From an uncultured Desulfospira sp. (GTDB taxonomy: Bacteria > Desulfobacterota > Desulfobacteria > Desulfobacterales > Desulfobacteraceae): a stretch of DNA of 64,000 nt. This document shows positions 1 through 9,484 of the stretch, one piece after another (the stretch's first letter is position 1; each line of letters opens with the position of its first letter). The notes under the pieces were generated by a model, which was not told the origin of the DNA, did not search any database, and worked only from the letters and a program-made list of their open reading frames with translations. The stretch is from NCBI GenBank assembly GCA_963663165.1, contig OY760175.1, positions 4,640,001 to 4,704,000 of the forward strand, written 5' to 3'. A program made the position numbers and the translations under genes.

Positions 1-839
1 CCCACGCCACGTTCCTGTTCATCACCAACTTCGGAAAGGTGTATCAGTCCAAGGTGTATGAGCTTCCCATGGCCAGCCGGTCCAGCCTTGGCAAGGCCAT
101 TGTCAACCTGCTCAACTTTGACGAAGGGGAGAAACTGGCCACGGTCCTGAGCGTGGACGAGTTTACGGAAAACCGTTTCGTTGTCATGGCCACCAACCAG
201 GGGCGGGTCAAGAAAACCGATCTCATGGCTTATTCCAGACCCCGGTCCGGCGGACTTATCGGGGTAAAACTCGCCGACGGGGATGAACTGATATCGGCCC
301 GGATTACCGACGGGAGCATGGACATTTTTCTGGGCAGTGAAGGCGGCAAGGTGATTCGGTTTAACGAGTCTGAAGTCCGGCCCATGGGAAGGGATTCCAT
401 GGGGGTCAGGGGCATGCGGATTGACAAGGGCCACCGGGTGGTGGGCATGGAAGTTTTAGAAGAGGAACAGACCCTCTTAACCGTAACAGAAAACGGTTAT
501 GGAAAGCGGTCCCTGGTTGAAGAGTACAGAAGCCAGGCCCGGGGCGGGAAAGGCGTGTTCTCCATTAAAACCTCTGAACGGAACGGAAAGATGGTTTCCC
601 TTGCCCTGGTGGATGACAATGATGAACTGATGATGGTGACGGATAAGGGAAAACTGATCCGGACAGCCATTGGAGGCATCAACGTGATTTCAAGAAACAC
701 CCAGGGGGTAAAACTCATTAACCTGAGTCAGGGCGAGACCCTGATCGGCATTGCCCGGCTTCCCGAGGAGAATGGGGAAGACGACGGCGATCCGGGTGAA
801 ACCGATGAACCCGAAACAGGAGAAGAATCCGCCTCATAA
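1..839 (+). CDS. gyrA: DNA gyrase subunit A, C-terminal beta-pinwheel (5' truncated by window)
   Basis: Frame open from position 3; repeated pinwheel blades (RPMGRDSMGVRGM, SQARGGKGV, SRNTQGVKLI); acidic C-terminal tail. Confidence 0.93.
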   Translation, partial: HATFLFITNFGKVYQSKVYELPMASRSSLGKAIVNLLNFDEGEKLATVLSVDEFTENRFVVMATNQGRVKKTDLMAYSRPRSGGLIGVKLADGDELISARITDGSMDIFLGSEGGKVIRFNESEVRPMGRDSMGVRGMRIDKGHRVVGMEVLEEEQTLLTVTENGYGKRSLVEEYRSQARGGKGVFSIKTSERNGKMVSLALVDDNDELMMVTDKGKLIRTAIGGINVISRNTQGVKLINLSQGETLIGIARLPEENGEDDGDPGETDEPETGEESAS

Positions 840-1539
840 AGGGCAAGGGCATCGCAAACGGCTCAGGGAGCGGTTTCTAAAAAACGGCCTGGCCGGTTTC
901 CACGATTATGAGGTCATTGAATTTTTACTGACCTTGAATACGCCCGTGAAAGACTGCAAGGGCATGGCCAAGGAGCTGCTTAAAACCTTTAAGAGCTTCC
1001 AGGGCGTTCTTGAGGCGGATCTGGACGATTTATGCCGGGTATCCGGCGTCGGTCCGGTCAATTCCATTGGCATCCGCCTGGTCAAAGCTGCAGCAGACCG
1101 GTATTTACAGGCCAGGGTGGTTTCCCGTGACGTGGTCAGCCGGCCTGACGATCTTTTAGATTATTTGAATCATACCATCGGGTTCAAGGGCAGGGAGGTT
1201 TTTGTGGGCCTGTTTCTGGATGCCCGGAACCGGGTCCTGGCCAGTGAAACCTTATTTGAAGGAACATTGACAACCAGTTCGGTCTATCCCAGAGAGGTGG
1301 TGATCCGGGCATTGCAGCACCAGGCAGCGGCCGTGATTTTCGCCCACAACCACCCGTCAGGGGATGTTCAGCCGTCAAAAAGTGATATACAGATCACCCG
1401 GACCCTGTGTTTTGCCCTCAATTATGTCGGCATAAGGGTCCATGAACATTTGATTATCGGCAGCCGGGGATATTACAGTTTTGCCGCAGAACAATTAATT
1501 GCCGGATTCAACAAGGAATTTTACAAGGACAATGAGTGA
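805..1539 (+). CDS. radC: RadC-like JAB/MPN domain protein
   Basis: GHRKRLRERF N-terminus, HhH motif (VSGVGP), VYPREV and HNHPSGD..S..D JAB motif; ATG at 805 overlaps the gyrA end. Confidence 0.9.
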   Translation: MNPKQEKNPPHKGQGHRKRLRERFLKNGLAGFHDYEVIEFLLTLNTPVKDCKGMAKELLKTFKSFQGVLEADLDDLCRVSGVGPVNSIGIRLVKAAADRYLQARVVSRDVVSRPDDLLDYLNHTIGFKGREVFVGLFLDARNRVLASETLFEGTLTTSSVYPREVVIRALQHQAAAVIFAHNHPSGDVQPSKSDIQITRTLCFALNYVGIRVHEHLIIGSRGYYSFAAEQLIAGFNKEFYKDNE

Positions 1540-1804
1540 GCAAAAGGATCTGCCGCCCTGTTTTGGAAATCTTGAAAAAGTGTTTCCCATGACCGAATCC
1601 GGTCTTCGCCAGACACCGGATGACTGTTTTTTCCACTGTCCGGTGAAAACCCGGTGCTTAAAGCAGGCCATGGCCGGAAAACAGGGCGCCAAAGTAGAAG
1701 AAGAAGTCATTGAGAGAAGCGATAAGGCAGGGCTTATCTCCTTTTTTGAACGGTGGTCCCGGAAAAAACAGGTCCACAAGAAAAGGATGAAGGATGAGGG
1801 ATGA
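1532..1804 (+). CDS. Small Cys-containing hypothetical protein
   Basis: ATG at 1532 after AAGGA, overlapping the radC stop; four Cys (PPCFG...DCFFHC...RCL), basic C-terminus. Confidence 0.65.
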   Translation: MSEQKDLPPCFGNLEKVFPMTESGLRQTPDDCFFHCPVKTRCLKQAMAGKQGAKVEEEVIERSDKAGLISFFERWSRKKQVHKKRMKDEG

Positions 1805-1815
1805 ATTGAAAGGGG

Positions 1816-1850
1816 ACAGCTAACAGCTAATGGCTAACAGCTAACAGCTA
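1816..1850 (+). repeat. Tandem heptamer array (ACAGCTA)x5
   Basis: acagcta acagcta atggcta acagcta acagcta, ending 21 nt before the pgk start. Confidence 0.9.
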
Positions 1851-1871
1851 AATAATAAAGGAGTTTATAAA

Positions 1872-3047
1872 ATGAAATCAGTCAGGGATGTTGATGTTAA
1901 CGGCAAGAGGGTGTTTGTCCGGGTGGATTACAACCTGCCCATGGATCAGGATTGCCATATTACCGATGATAACCGGATCAGGGCGACCCTGGATCTGGTT
2001 CAATATTTGATCGGACAGGGGGCCCGGATTATTCTGGCGTCCCATCTCGGGCGCCCCAAACAGGGGCCTGAAAAAAAATTCAGCTTGGCGCCCGCAGCGG
2101 TAAGGTTGTCTGAACTGATTGGCCAGGAGGTTGCTTTTGCAGACGATTGCGTGGGGGCGTCTGTTGAGAAAAAGGTTGAGGCACTGGGCAACGGCCAGGT
2201 GCTGATGCTGGAGAATTTACGGTTTTATAAAGAAGAAAAAAGCAATGATCCCGGATTTGCCCAGAAGTTGGCCGGCCTTTGCGATGTTTATGTCAATAAC
2301 GCCTTTGCCGTTTCCCACAGGGACCAGGCATCGGTGACCGGCATTGTCAAGTTCGCTCCGGTCAGCTGTGCCGGCTTTTTGCTGGAAAAGGAACTGGACG
2401 CCTACGCCAATTGTGTTGAAACGCCTAAAAGACCGCTGGTAGCGGTTATTGGCGGTGCGAAAGTGTCCGGTAAACTGGATGCCATCGAAAATATGCTCAA
2501 ACTGGTGGACAAACTGATCATTGGCGGGGCCATGGCCAACACCTTTCTCAAGTCCCAGGGGGTGGATACCAAGGGGTCCATGATTGAAGAGGACCTGGTG
2601 GAAACGGCGGCCTCCATTGTAAAACAGGCCAGGGAAAAGGGAATCGAGCTGTTGCTGCCAACGGATCTGGTGGCGGCGGATAAGTTTGATGCCAAGGCCG
2701 AGTCAAAAACCGTAACCCTGGATCAGGTCCCTGACAACTGGATGATTCTGGATATCGGCCCTGAAACTGCGGCCCTTTACGCCGATGCCCTTAAACAGGC
2801 CGGCACCATTGTCTGGAACGGCCCCATGGGCGTATTCGAAATGACGCCCTTTATGGCCGGGACAAAAGCTGTGGCCGACGCCATTGCCGCTTCGCCGGGA
2901 TTTTCCGTTGTGGGCGGCGGCGATACCGGGCTTGCGGCAAAGGTTTGCGGAGTAGCCGATAAAATCGGATATATTTCCACAGGAGGCGGGGCATTCCTTC
3001 ATCTCATGGAGGGCAAACAACTGCCAGGCGCCGCTGTCTTGGAATAA
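1872..3047 (+). CDS. pgk: Phosphoglycerate kinase
   Basis: RVDYNLP, SHLGRP, LENLRF, GGAKV, WNGPMGVFE, ISTGGGA motifs; AGGAG RBS. Confidence 0.98.
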   Translation: MKSVRDVDVNGKRVFVRVDYNLPMDQDCHITDDNRIRATLDLVQYLIGQGARIILASHLGRPKQGPEKKFSLAPAAVRLSELIGQEVAFADDCVGASVEKKVEALGNGQVLMLENLRFYKEEKSNDPGFAQKLAGLCDVYVNNAFAVSHRDQASVTGIVKFAPVSCAGFLLEKELDAYANCVETPKRPLVAVIGGAKVSGKLDAIENMLKLVDKLIIGGAMANTFLKSQGVDTKGSMIEEDLVETAASIVKQAREKGIELLLPTDLVAADKFDAKAESKTVTLDQVPDNWMILDIGPETAALYADALKQAGTIVWNGPMGVFEMTPFMAGTKAVADAIAASPGFSVVGGGDTGLAAKVCGVADKIGYISTGGGAFLHLMEGKQLPGAAVLE

Positions 3048-3063
3048 AATTCATGGAATTTAA

Positions 3064-3119
3064 AGCTTTTAGCTGTTCGTTTTCCTTGCCAACAGCTAAA
3101 AGCTAACGGCTAACAGCTT
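3064..3119. repeat. Inverted heptamer repeat hairpin plus ACAGCTA-type array
   Basis: agcttttagctgtt (3064-3077) is the exact reverse complement of aacagctaaaagct (3091-3104); heptamers continue to 3119. Confidence 0.85.
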
Positions 3120-3140
3120 TGTAAAGGGGGGCAAAATAAG

Positions 3141-4196
3141 GTGGATTATTTCATGCAAAGAGATTTTCTCAGCAGGGAAGCCAAATTGAGAAGATCCTAC
3201 TATGAAGTCCTCAGGGATGAGCTTGATCAGTTTGTCATCGGATATGCGCTGATTGGATCTTACAACAATTTTTTGCGCCTTAAGACCCCTTACCCCTTTG
3301 TGGAACTCAGAGAACTCAAACCCAGGGCCAGAATTCCTTCTGTGGAGTTTGATGCCCAGAATTCGTTTCTGATTATTTTCAGTGAAGACTATATCGGCGA
3401 GCAGCACAAAAAGTATATCCGGTATTTTGATGCCAACAAGACCACGAAAACCAATCTGCTCAGGCATAAATATTTCCCCAATGTGGAAAATTTCAACCGG
3501 AACATGACCTTTTTTGAGACCGCTGATTTTTTCTCTTTGCTCAGGTCTTTGCTGCCCGTGGACTACGCCCTTTTAATTCAGAGAAACCCGAGAGCCAAGG
3601 TCCAGTATGCCCTGACCCATTTCCACGTCCGGGTGGACTGGCCCATTGCTGATGCCTCGGAGCAGCTGGCCAAATCCCTGCGGTACATTTCCAAGGAATT
3701 GTATGAAAAAGGGGATAAATACGCCGAAGATCTTCAAAAAAAGCTTTTTGAGTATTACGGGGTTCCGGTAATGTCCGGGGGGCGGCGAACCGCTGCCATT
3801 GTGGCGGCCCAATATTTCAGACAGTTCAAGGGCATTACCACGATCTATGTGTCCTCAAGCGAATCCAGAAATCTGTTAAAAATTGATGAAAACGGGGTGA
3901 CTAAGGCTATTTTGGTCAAACTGTCCGTTGAGAAGATCAAGGAGTTGGCCAAGTTCGCAGATATTACCCAGAATTCGTTTACCAAAAATTATGTGGTGGC
4001 CCGGCATGGCCGCTCCTATGTCTGCATATTGAACGTTCGGTATGATCACACCAGCCATGGCCAGCCTTCAGAAGGCGGGCGCCTCAGAGAACTCAAGGCC
4101 GATGCCAACCTGCTGACCGTGGCCCAGGAGCATATCCTTCCCAAACCCTCGGTCAATCATCATGCCCCGATCCCCTATAAAATGATTTATGTATAG
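3141..4196 (+). CDS. Hypothetical protein (351 aa; start GTG 3141 or ATG 3153)
   Basis: Long ORF co-oriented with pgk, globular composition; no motif recognised. Confidence 0.8.
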   Translation: MDYFMQRDFLSREAKLRRSYYEVLRDELDQFVIGYALIGSYNNFLRLKTPYPFVELRELKPRARIPSVEFDAQNSFLIIFSEDYIGEQHKKYIRYFDANKTTKTNLLRHKYFPNVENFNRNMTFFETADFFSLLRSLLPVDYALLIQRNPRAKVQYALTHFHVRVDWPIADASEQLAKSLRYISKELYEKGDKYAEDLQKKLFEYYGVPVMSGGRRTAAIVAAQYFRQFKGITTIYVSSSESRNLLKIDENGVTKAILVKLSVEKIKELAKFADITQNSFTKNYVVARHGRSYVCILNVRYDHTSHGQPSEGGRLRELKADANLLTVAQEHILPKPSVNHHAPIPYKMIYV

Positions 4197-4197
4197 G

Positions 4198-4381
4198 GTA
4201 ACTGTCCATCAGTGCCCCATCTTCGCTCATTCAGGCCTTCTCACATAGCAAAAGTATGCTACGAAGACCTGACTAAACAAATATGAAGCACTGATGAACA
4301 GCTACGGCCCCTGGTTTCTGCTTGTTTTTCAGCATTAGCTGAACAGTTACGCTTATTTTTCAGTATTAGCTGAATAGCTAC
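4198..4381. repeat. Long imperfect inverted repeat plus 31-bp tandem duplication; possible MITE remnant
   Basis: gtaactgtccatcagtgc (4198-4215) pairs 16/18 with gcactgatgaacagctac (4288-4305); 4320-4350 and 4351-4381 match 27/31. Confidence 0.65.
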
Positions 4382-4443
4382 TGTTCAAACACGGGTTTTC
4401 GTTCAGACACTAGATAGCCTAAACCCCTTCAGTCTAAAAGCCT

Positions 4444-4920
4444 TCAGTCTTCAGCCGGCGTAAGCATTTTGAGCATGGCGGTTTCATCACAATTGGGAAA
4501 ATTGGGACAGGCAATGCAGTCGGACCAGATTTTGATGGGGAGTTCGCTTTTCTGTATAATGGAAAATCCAAACTGCTCAAAAAAAGTGGGGCGGTAGGTC
4601 AGGGTAAACAGTTTTTTAACTTTAAAATACAGGGCTTCCTGGATACACCGTTCGGTCAGGGTGGACCCTATCCCTTTGCTGGTGAATCCCGGGGCAACAG
4701 CCAGAGACCGGATTTCAGCCAGATCCTCCCAGCAGAACTGGAGGCCGCAGCAGCCCACGATTTTGTGGGTTTCCGGATCTTGGTATACCCAGAAATCCCT
4801 GAGGTGGTCGTAAAGGATGCTCAACGGGCGGGCCAGGAGTTCCTCTTTTCTGGCGTACAATTGCAGCAGGCCGTGTATGGCATTGACATCTTCCAGCAAG
4901 GCTTTTCGTATCATTTTCAA
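4444..4920 (-). CDS. GNAT acetyltransferase, short ArgA-like amino-acid N-acetyltransferase
   Basis: MIRKA..D start, LAEIRSLAV, GIGSTL, LFTLT, KIWSDCIACPNFPNCDETAM. Confidence 0.85.
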   Translation of the reverse strand: MKMIRKALLEDVNAIHGLLQLYARKEELLARPLSILYDHLRDFWVYQDPETHKIVGCCGLQFCWEDLAEIRSLAVAPGFTSKGIGSTLTERCIQEALYFKVKKLFTLTYRPTFFEQFGFSIIQKSELPIKIWSDCIACPNFPNCDETAMLKMLTPAED

Positions 4921-6938
4921 TCCTTCAACTTTACAAGTACCTTAACGCCTGATGAATCCTTTGGGGAAACCTCTTTTCCGTTACGGGGGTTGATATATAT
5001 CATTTTTGTCCGGTCCGGTATATCAAAATATTGAACCGGTTTGTTTTCAAGGGCCGCCGCCATGGTGTCAATCCAGATGGGCAGGGCCGCCCTGGCCCCG
5101 GTTTCATATTTGCCAAGAGGGGTGCCGTTGTCATTGCCCACCCATACCCCTAAGGCAAGGCCCGGGCTGAACCCCACAAACAAGGCGTCTTTATAATCGT
5201 CGGTGGTCCCGGTTTTCCCGGCGATCTCTTTTTTGATGCACTGGGCTTTTTTTCCGGTTCCCTCCTGGATCACGGCCTTTAGCATATCCGCCATAACCGC
5301 CGCATCCTGCCGGCTCATCACCTTGGTTTTCTGTTCCTGGTATGTAAACAGGGGCCTGCCGTCCAGGTCTTCAATTTTGGCAACACAAAAAGGGGCGGCG
5401 CTGATGCCGTTGTTGGCAAAGGGGAGATAGGCGGCGGTCAGTTCCATGAGCGTGACTTCAAAGCTCCCTAATGCCAGGGATGGATAGGGTTTTAAAGCAG
5501 CTGTGATTCCCGCCTGTTGAGCAAATGTGATCACGGCGCCTGGGCCGATTTTTTGAATCAGCCGGACCGCCGGCGTATTTTTGGAAAAGGCCAGGGCCGC
5601 CCTGAGGGTCATTTGTCCGGCATAGGATGGGGTAAAGTTGTTGACCTCCCAGAAGGTCCCGTTATCAAGCTCAATGGAAAGGGGGGCGTCCACCAGGGTG
5701 TCTGCCTGGGAAAAACCGGCATTCAAGGCCGCCGCATATACAAAGGGCTTAAATGCGGACCCGGGCTGTCTCAAGGCCTGTACGGCCCGGTTAAAACTGC
5801 TGCGGGCATAATCTCTACCCCCGGACATGCACCGGATTCCCCCGGTTTTGGTGTCAATTCCGATCAGGGCACATTCAAGACAAGAGGTATCCATGCCGTT
5901 TTTTTTGAGCCGGTCTTCCATTTCACCCATGTGAACCTGAATGGCTTTCTGGGCCGCCTTTTGAAGGTCAAGGTCAAGGGATGTCCTGACATTGGCGCCT
6001 TTGGCATGCAGGCTGCTGTAATCGGCCATGGTATTTAACCGGGCCTTTACGAATTCCCCAAAGTAAGGGGCCGGCTCAACGGCCGGTGTATCGGCGTCCC
6101 GGGTTAACGGTTCCTGGCAGGCGCCGGTATATTGCGTGAGGGAAATTTTTTTAAGATCCAGCATTTGTTTTAAGACGACGACCCTTCTTTTTTTTGCAAG
6201 CTCTGGGTGGCGGATGGGGGAGTAGGTGGTGGGGGCTTTGGGAAGCCCAGCAATCAGGGCGGCCTGGCCCAGAGTCAGGTGGCCAGCCGAGGTGTTAAAA
6301 TAGGTTTGGCAGGCGGCTTCCACCCCATAGGAGCCGGATCCTAAATAAATCTGGTTTAAATACAGTTCTAAGATTTCATCTTTGGTGTACCGCCGTTCAA
6401 TTTGAAGGGCAAGAATGGCTTCCCTGACCTTCCGCACGATGGATTTTTCAGGGGAAAGGAACAACGTTTTTGCCAGCTGCTGGGTCAGGGTGCTGGCCCC
6501 CTGCTTGAACTTTCCGGACTTCAGGTCCAGGATGAATGCCCTTAAAATGGCCTTTGGGTTGATGCCCGAGTGGGTATAAAAAGTTCTGTCTTCAGTGACC
6601 AGCAGGGCAGTGATTAATTTTTGATCCACCGCGTCAATGGATACGGGGAACCGTTTTTCAAGAAAGAACCTTGATATAACCCGGTTCTGCCCGTCAAGTA
6701 AAGTGGTGACCGAGGAGGGTTTAAACTGTTTGAGCTGATTGATCTGTGGAAGGTCATGGGACAGCCCGAAAAATATCCCGAGCAAAAGACCTGCGGCAAG
6801 CCCTGTGATGAGTGCTGCGACGACACCCCACTGTTTCACTGGTCTGTTTGAGGAAACCGGCCGCACTACCATTCCCATTCTTGCTGGACCTGGACAGGGG
6901 CGTTTGTCACCGGACCGGACAAGCCGTTCACGATTCAA
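4917..6938 (-). CDS. Class A penicillin-binding protein (PBP1A family); start uncertain
   Basis: N-terminal TM; EDRTFYTH, GASTLTQQLAK, RKVRE transglycosylase motifs; SAFK, SKN, KTG transpeptidase motifs. Confidence 0.93.
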   Translation of the reverse strand: MNRERLVRSGDKRPCPGPARMGMVVRPVSSNRPVKQWGVVAALITGLAAGLLLGIFFGLSHDLPQINQLKQFKPSSVTTLLDGQNRVISRFFLEKRFPVSIDAVDQKLITALLVTEDRTFYTHSGINPKAILRAFILDLKSGKFKQGASTLTQQLAKTLFLSPEKSIVRKVREAILALQIERRYTKDEILELYLNQIYLGSGSYGVEAACQTYFNTSAGHLTLGQAALIAGLPKAPTTYSPIRHPELAKKRRVVVLKQMLDLKKISLTQYTGACQEPLTRDADTPAVEPAPYFGEFVKARLNTMADYSSLHAKGANVRTSLDLDLQKAAQKAIQVHMGEMEDRLKKNGMDTSCLECALIGIDTKTGGIRCMSGGRDYARSSFNRAVQALRQPGSAFKPFVYAAALNAGFSQADTLVDAPLSIELDNGTFWEVNNFTPSYAGQMTLRAALAFSKNTPAVRLIQKIGPGAVITFAQQAGITAALKPYPSLALGSFEVTLMELTAAYLPFANNGISAAPFCVAKIEDLDGRPLFTYQEQKTKVMSRQDAAVMADMLKAVIQEGTGKKAQCIKKEIAGKTGTTDDYKDALFVGFSPGLALGVWVGNDNGTPLGKYETGARAALPIWIDTMAAALENKPVQYFDIPDRTKMIYINPRNGKEVSPKDSSGVKVLVKLKD

Positions 6939-8607
6939 GAAAGCCTGAAACCGCCTTTTTAAAATCGTCGTCTGAAAACGGTTTATACAAAATATGGTTT
7001 ATCCCGGCTTTTGTAAGGATGGAGTCGTTAACCTGCATCTTTTCGTCACCTTTCTGAACAAAATCGCTCTGGGTGGTGATCATGAGAATGGGCAGGTCCT
7101 GGCGGGAGAATTTTTTTCTGATTTCCCTGGTCAGTTCCAGGCCGCTGATATTGGGCATGTTCAAATCGGTAATCACCAGGCGGGGCGGATTTTTAAGGAT
7201 ATGGACAATGGCATCTTCAGGCTTGCTGAAACAGTCCGGGGAATGTCCCAAGGCCGACAGCTTGTTCTGGTAAAGCTTGAGCATCATTTTTGAATCGTCA
7301 ACAATGGCAATGGCTGTTTTGGTTTCAGCCGGTTCCATTTTTCCAGCCGACTGGGCTTCCTTTGCCAGAGACTGGACCAGCTCTTTTTGTCCCAATCCCG
7401 CCATCTGTTTAAGGAAACTTTTCTTTGCATTGGGAGAGGCCGTAGTCAGAAAATGCTGTTTGGCCAGCTTATTGAAAGACTCTTCCTGGATCAGGAAATT
7501 AAACACCCCCCCTGCCTCAGTGTCAATCAGGGCTGCCACGGCTTTGGCGGATTCGCCAGACTCTTCTCTGATAATATTCTTTAAGCCCGCGATTAACGGC
7601 TTGGACAAATTTTTATCAATGGCCCGTGCCGCACTCATTCTCACGGCTTCAACCTCGTCCTGTAGGCCCTGGGCCAGGCAGATAGCTGTCTTGGGAGAGG
7701 GGATCCGTTCCATGGCCTCAAAGGTGGCCTGCCGGATGTTGGGATCTTTGGGATGGGTATTGATGATATTGAGAAGGGCTGAGATGGCCGCCGGATCACC
7801 AATATAACCCAGGGTGGTGACCAGGTGGACCAGGTAATCGGCCTCGGCATTTTGAAAGGCATTGGTCAAAATCGGGGTAGATTTGCTGCCCAGCCGGATC
7901 AGCTGGTCAATGGCCGTATCCCGGACCTGGGTTTTTTGGGAGCTTAACAGGGAGGTCAGTTTTTCAAGGGCGTAAACATCCTGGATTTCTGCCAGGGACT
8001 CCACGGCCAGTTTATCGCCTTCTTCACTGTCTCCAAGAAACCCGATGAGCTGGTCCACGGCATCTTTGCCGCCGATTTCAGCAATGGCCAGGATGGCCGT
8101 TCGCTTTACTGCGGCATTGGGGTTTTTGGCCATCAGGGCAATGATGGCAATGGATTCCGGCTGCCGAAGTTCGCCAAGGGATTTAAGGGTAGCCGACAGA
8201 ATCTCCTTGTCATTGTCCTCGGCGATAATTTTTTCAAGCGCTTTTCGGGCCTGAGTCATCATGAGATCCCCCACGGCTTTTATAAACAAGAGCCGGGTGG
8301 GCTTTTCATTTTTCAGGATATATTGAATGACCAGCTCGGTGTTGCCATAGGCCATGTCCAGAATAAGCTCGTATAAGGATTCACGGACTTCCGGGCTTGA
8401 GATCTCAATCCGGGTCAGGTACTCAAGCAGGGGGAATACGATTTTTTCAGGGCCTTTGGCCAGTTCCAGAAGCGCTTTCTGCTGTATCTGAATATTGGCG
8501 TTTGAATCCGATGCAAACTGGAGCAGGGCCTTTGCCTTGACAATATCTTCTTCCTTGAGACAGAAGACCAGCTCATCAATAAACTCTTTTTCGCTTATAG
8601 AGCCCAT
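6928..8607 (-). CDS. HEAT-repeat protein with C-terminal receiver domain
   Basis: Helical repeats (VKRTAILAIAEIG, VRDTAIDQL, VRMSAARAI); REC motifs IVDD, ITDLNMP, KPF. Confidence 0.88.
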   Translation of the reverse strand: MGSISEKEFIDELVFCLKEEDIVKAKALLQFASDSNANIQIQQKALLELAKGPEKIVFPLLEYLTRIEISSPEVRESLYELILDMAYGNTELVIQYILKNEKPTRLLFIKAVGDLMMTQARKALEKIIAEDNDKEILSATLKSLGELRQPESIAIIALMAKNPNAAVKRTAILAIAEIGGKDAVDQLIGFLGDSEEGDKLAVESLAEIQDVYALEKLTSLLSSQKTQVRDTAIDQLIRLGSKSTPILTNAFQNAEADYLVHLVTTLGYIGDPAAISALLNIINTHPKDPNIRQATFEAMERIPSPKTAICLAQGLQDEVEAVRMSAARAIDKNLSKPLIAGLKNIIREESGESAKAVAALIDTEAGGVFNFLIQEESFNKLAKQHFLTTASPNAKKSFLKQMAGLGQKELVQSLAKEAQSAGKMEPAETKTAIAIVDDSKMMLKLYQNKLSALGHSPDCFSKPEDAIVHILKNPPRLVITDLNMPNISGLELTREIRKKFSRQDLPILMITTQSDFVQKGDEKMQVNDSILTKAGINHILYKPFSDDDFKKAVSGFLES

Positions 8608-8617
8608 GGTTCACCTA

Positions 8618-9463
8618 TTATTCTTTAAACCGGTAAAAAACGGAATTCAGATATTTCTGGGAAACAAATAAATCTGTATCATTGACAAGGGATTCCGTGG
8701 AGCCGATGAGCAGATATCCATCGGGCTCCAGGGTTTTTGCAATGTTCTGGTAAATGCGTTTTCTGTCCTCGGGGGTGAAATAAATCATCACGTTCCGGCA
8801 TAGGATAATATCAAATTTGCCCAGGCCCATAAAGGGTTTCATCAAATTCATTTTTTTGAACTGGGCCATACTGCGTAGCTCATCCTTGACTTTATACCGG
8901 TCTTCATGAGGGGTGAAGTACTTATCCCTTTTGGCCGGTTCAAGTCCCCTGGCCACTTCAAACTTGTTGTAAACCCCGTAACTTGCCTGGGCAATGGCGG
9001 CATCGGAAATATCGGTTCCAAACAGTTTAATGTCATATTTCTGGGGGGTCACCCCCATATCCAACAGGGTCATGGCAATGGAATAAATTTCCTGTCCCGT
9101 GGAGTTGGCCGCACTCCAGAGCCTTAATTGGACCTTTCTGCCGGGAAATTTGGTGGCCCGTCTATCGATAAGGTCCGGGAGAATTTTATGGGCAAGGAGC
9201 TGAAATGGAGATTTGTCCCTGAAAAAATAGGTCTCATTGGTTGAAATGGCGTCAATGATTTCCCCTTCCAGTCCCTTTTTTGAATCCATTCTGGATTTTT
9301 GAAGCAATTCATTAAACGACTTGCAGCCTGTCCGGTTGAGAATAGGCGTCAGACGGGTTTCCAAAAGATATTCTTTGCCGGCACTCAGGGCGATTCCGGA
9401 AATGTCCAGAATATATTTTGAAAATTTGGTAAATTCTTCAGGCGTAACTTTAATTTTGCTCAT
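8618..9463 (-). CDS. cheR: Chemotaxis methyltransferase CheR
   Basis: TNETYFFRD, WSAANSTGQEIYS, GTDIS, DIILCRNVMIYF. Confidence 0.95.
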   Translation of the reverse strand: MSKIKVTPEEFTKFSKYILDISGIALSAGKEYLLETRLTPILNRTGCKSFNELLQKSRMDSKKGLEGEIIDAISTNETYFFRDKSPFQLLAHKILPDLIDRRATKFPGRKVQLRLWSAANSTGQEIYSIAMTLLDMGVTPQKYDIKLFGTDISDAAIAQASYGVYNKFEVARGLEPAKRDKYFTPHEDRYKVKDELRSMAQFKKMNLMKPFMGLGKFDIILCRNVMIYFTPEDRKRIYQNIAKTLEPDGYLLIGSTESLVNDTDLFVSQKYLNSVFYRFKE

Positions 9464-9484
9464 GTTCAGCTGGCCGTTTGGGGG

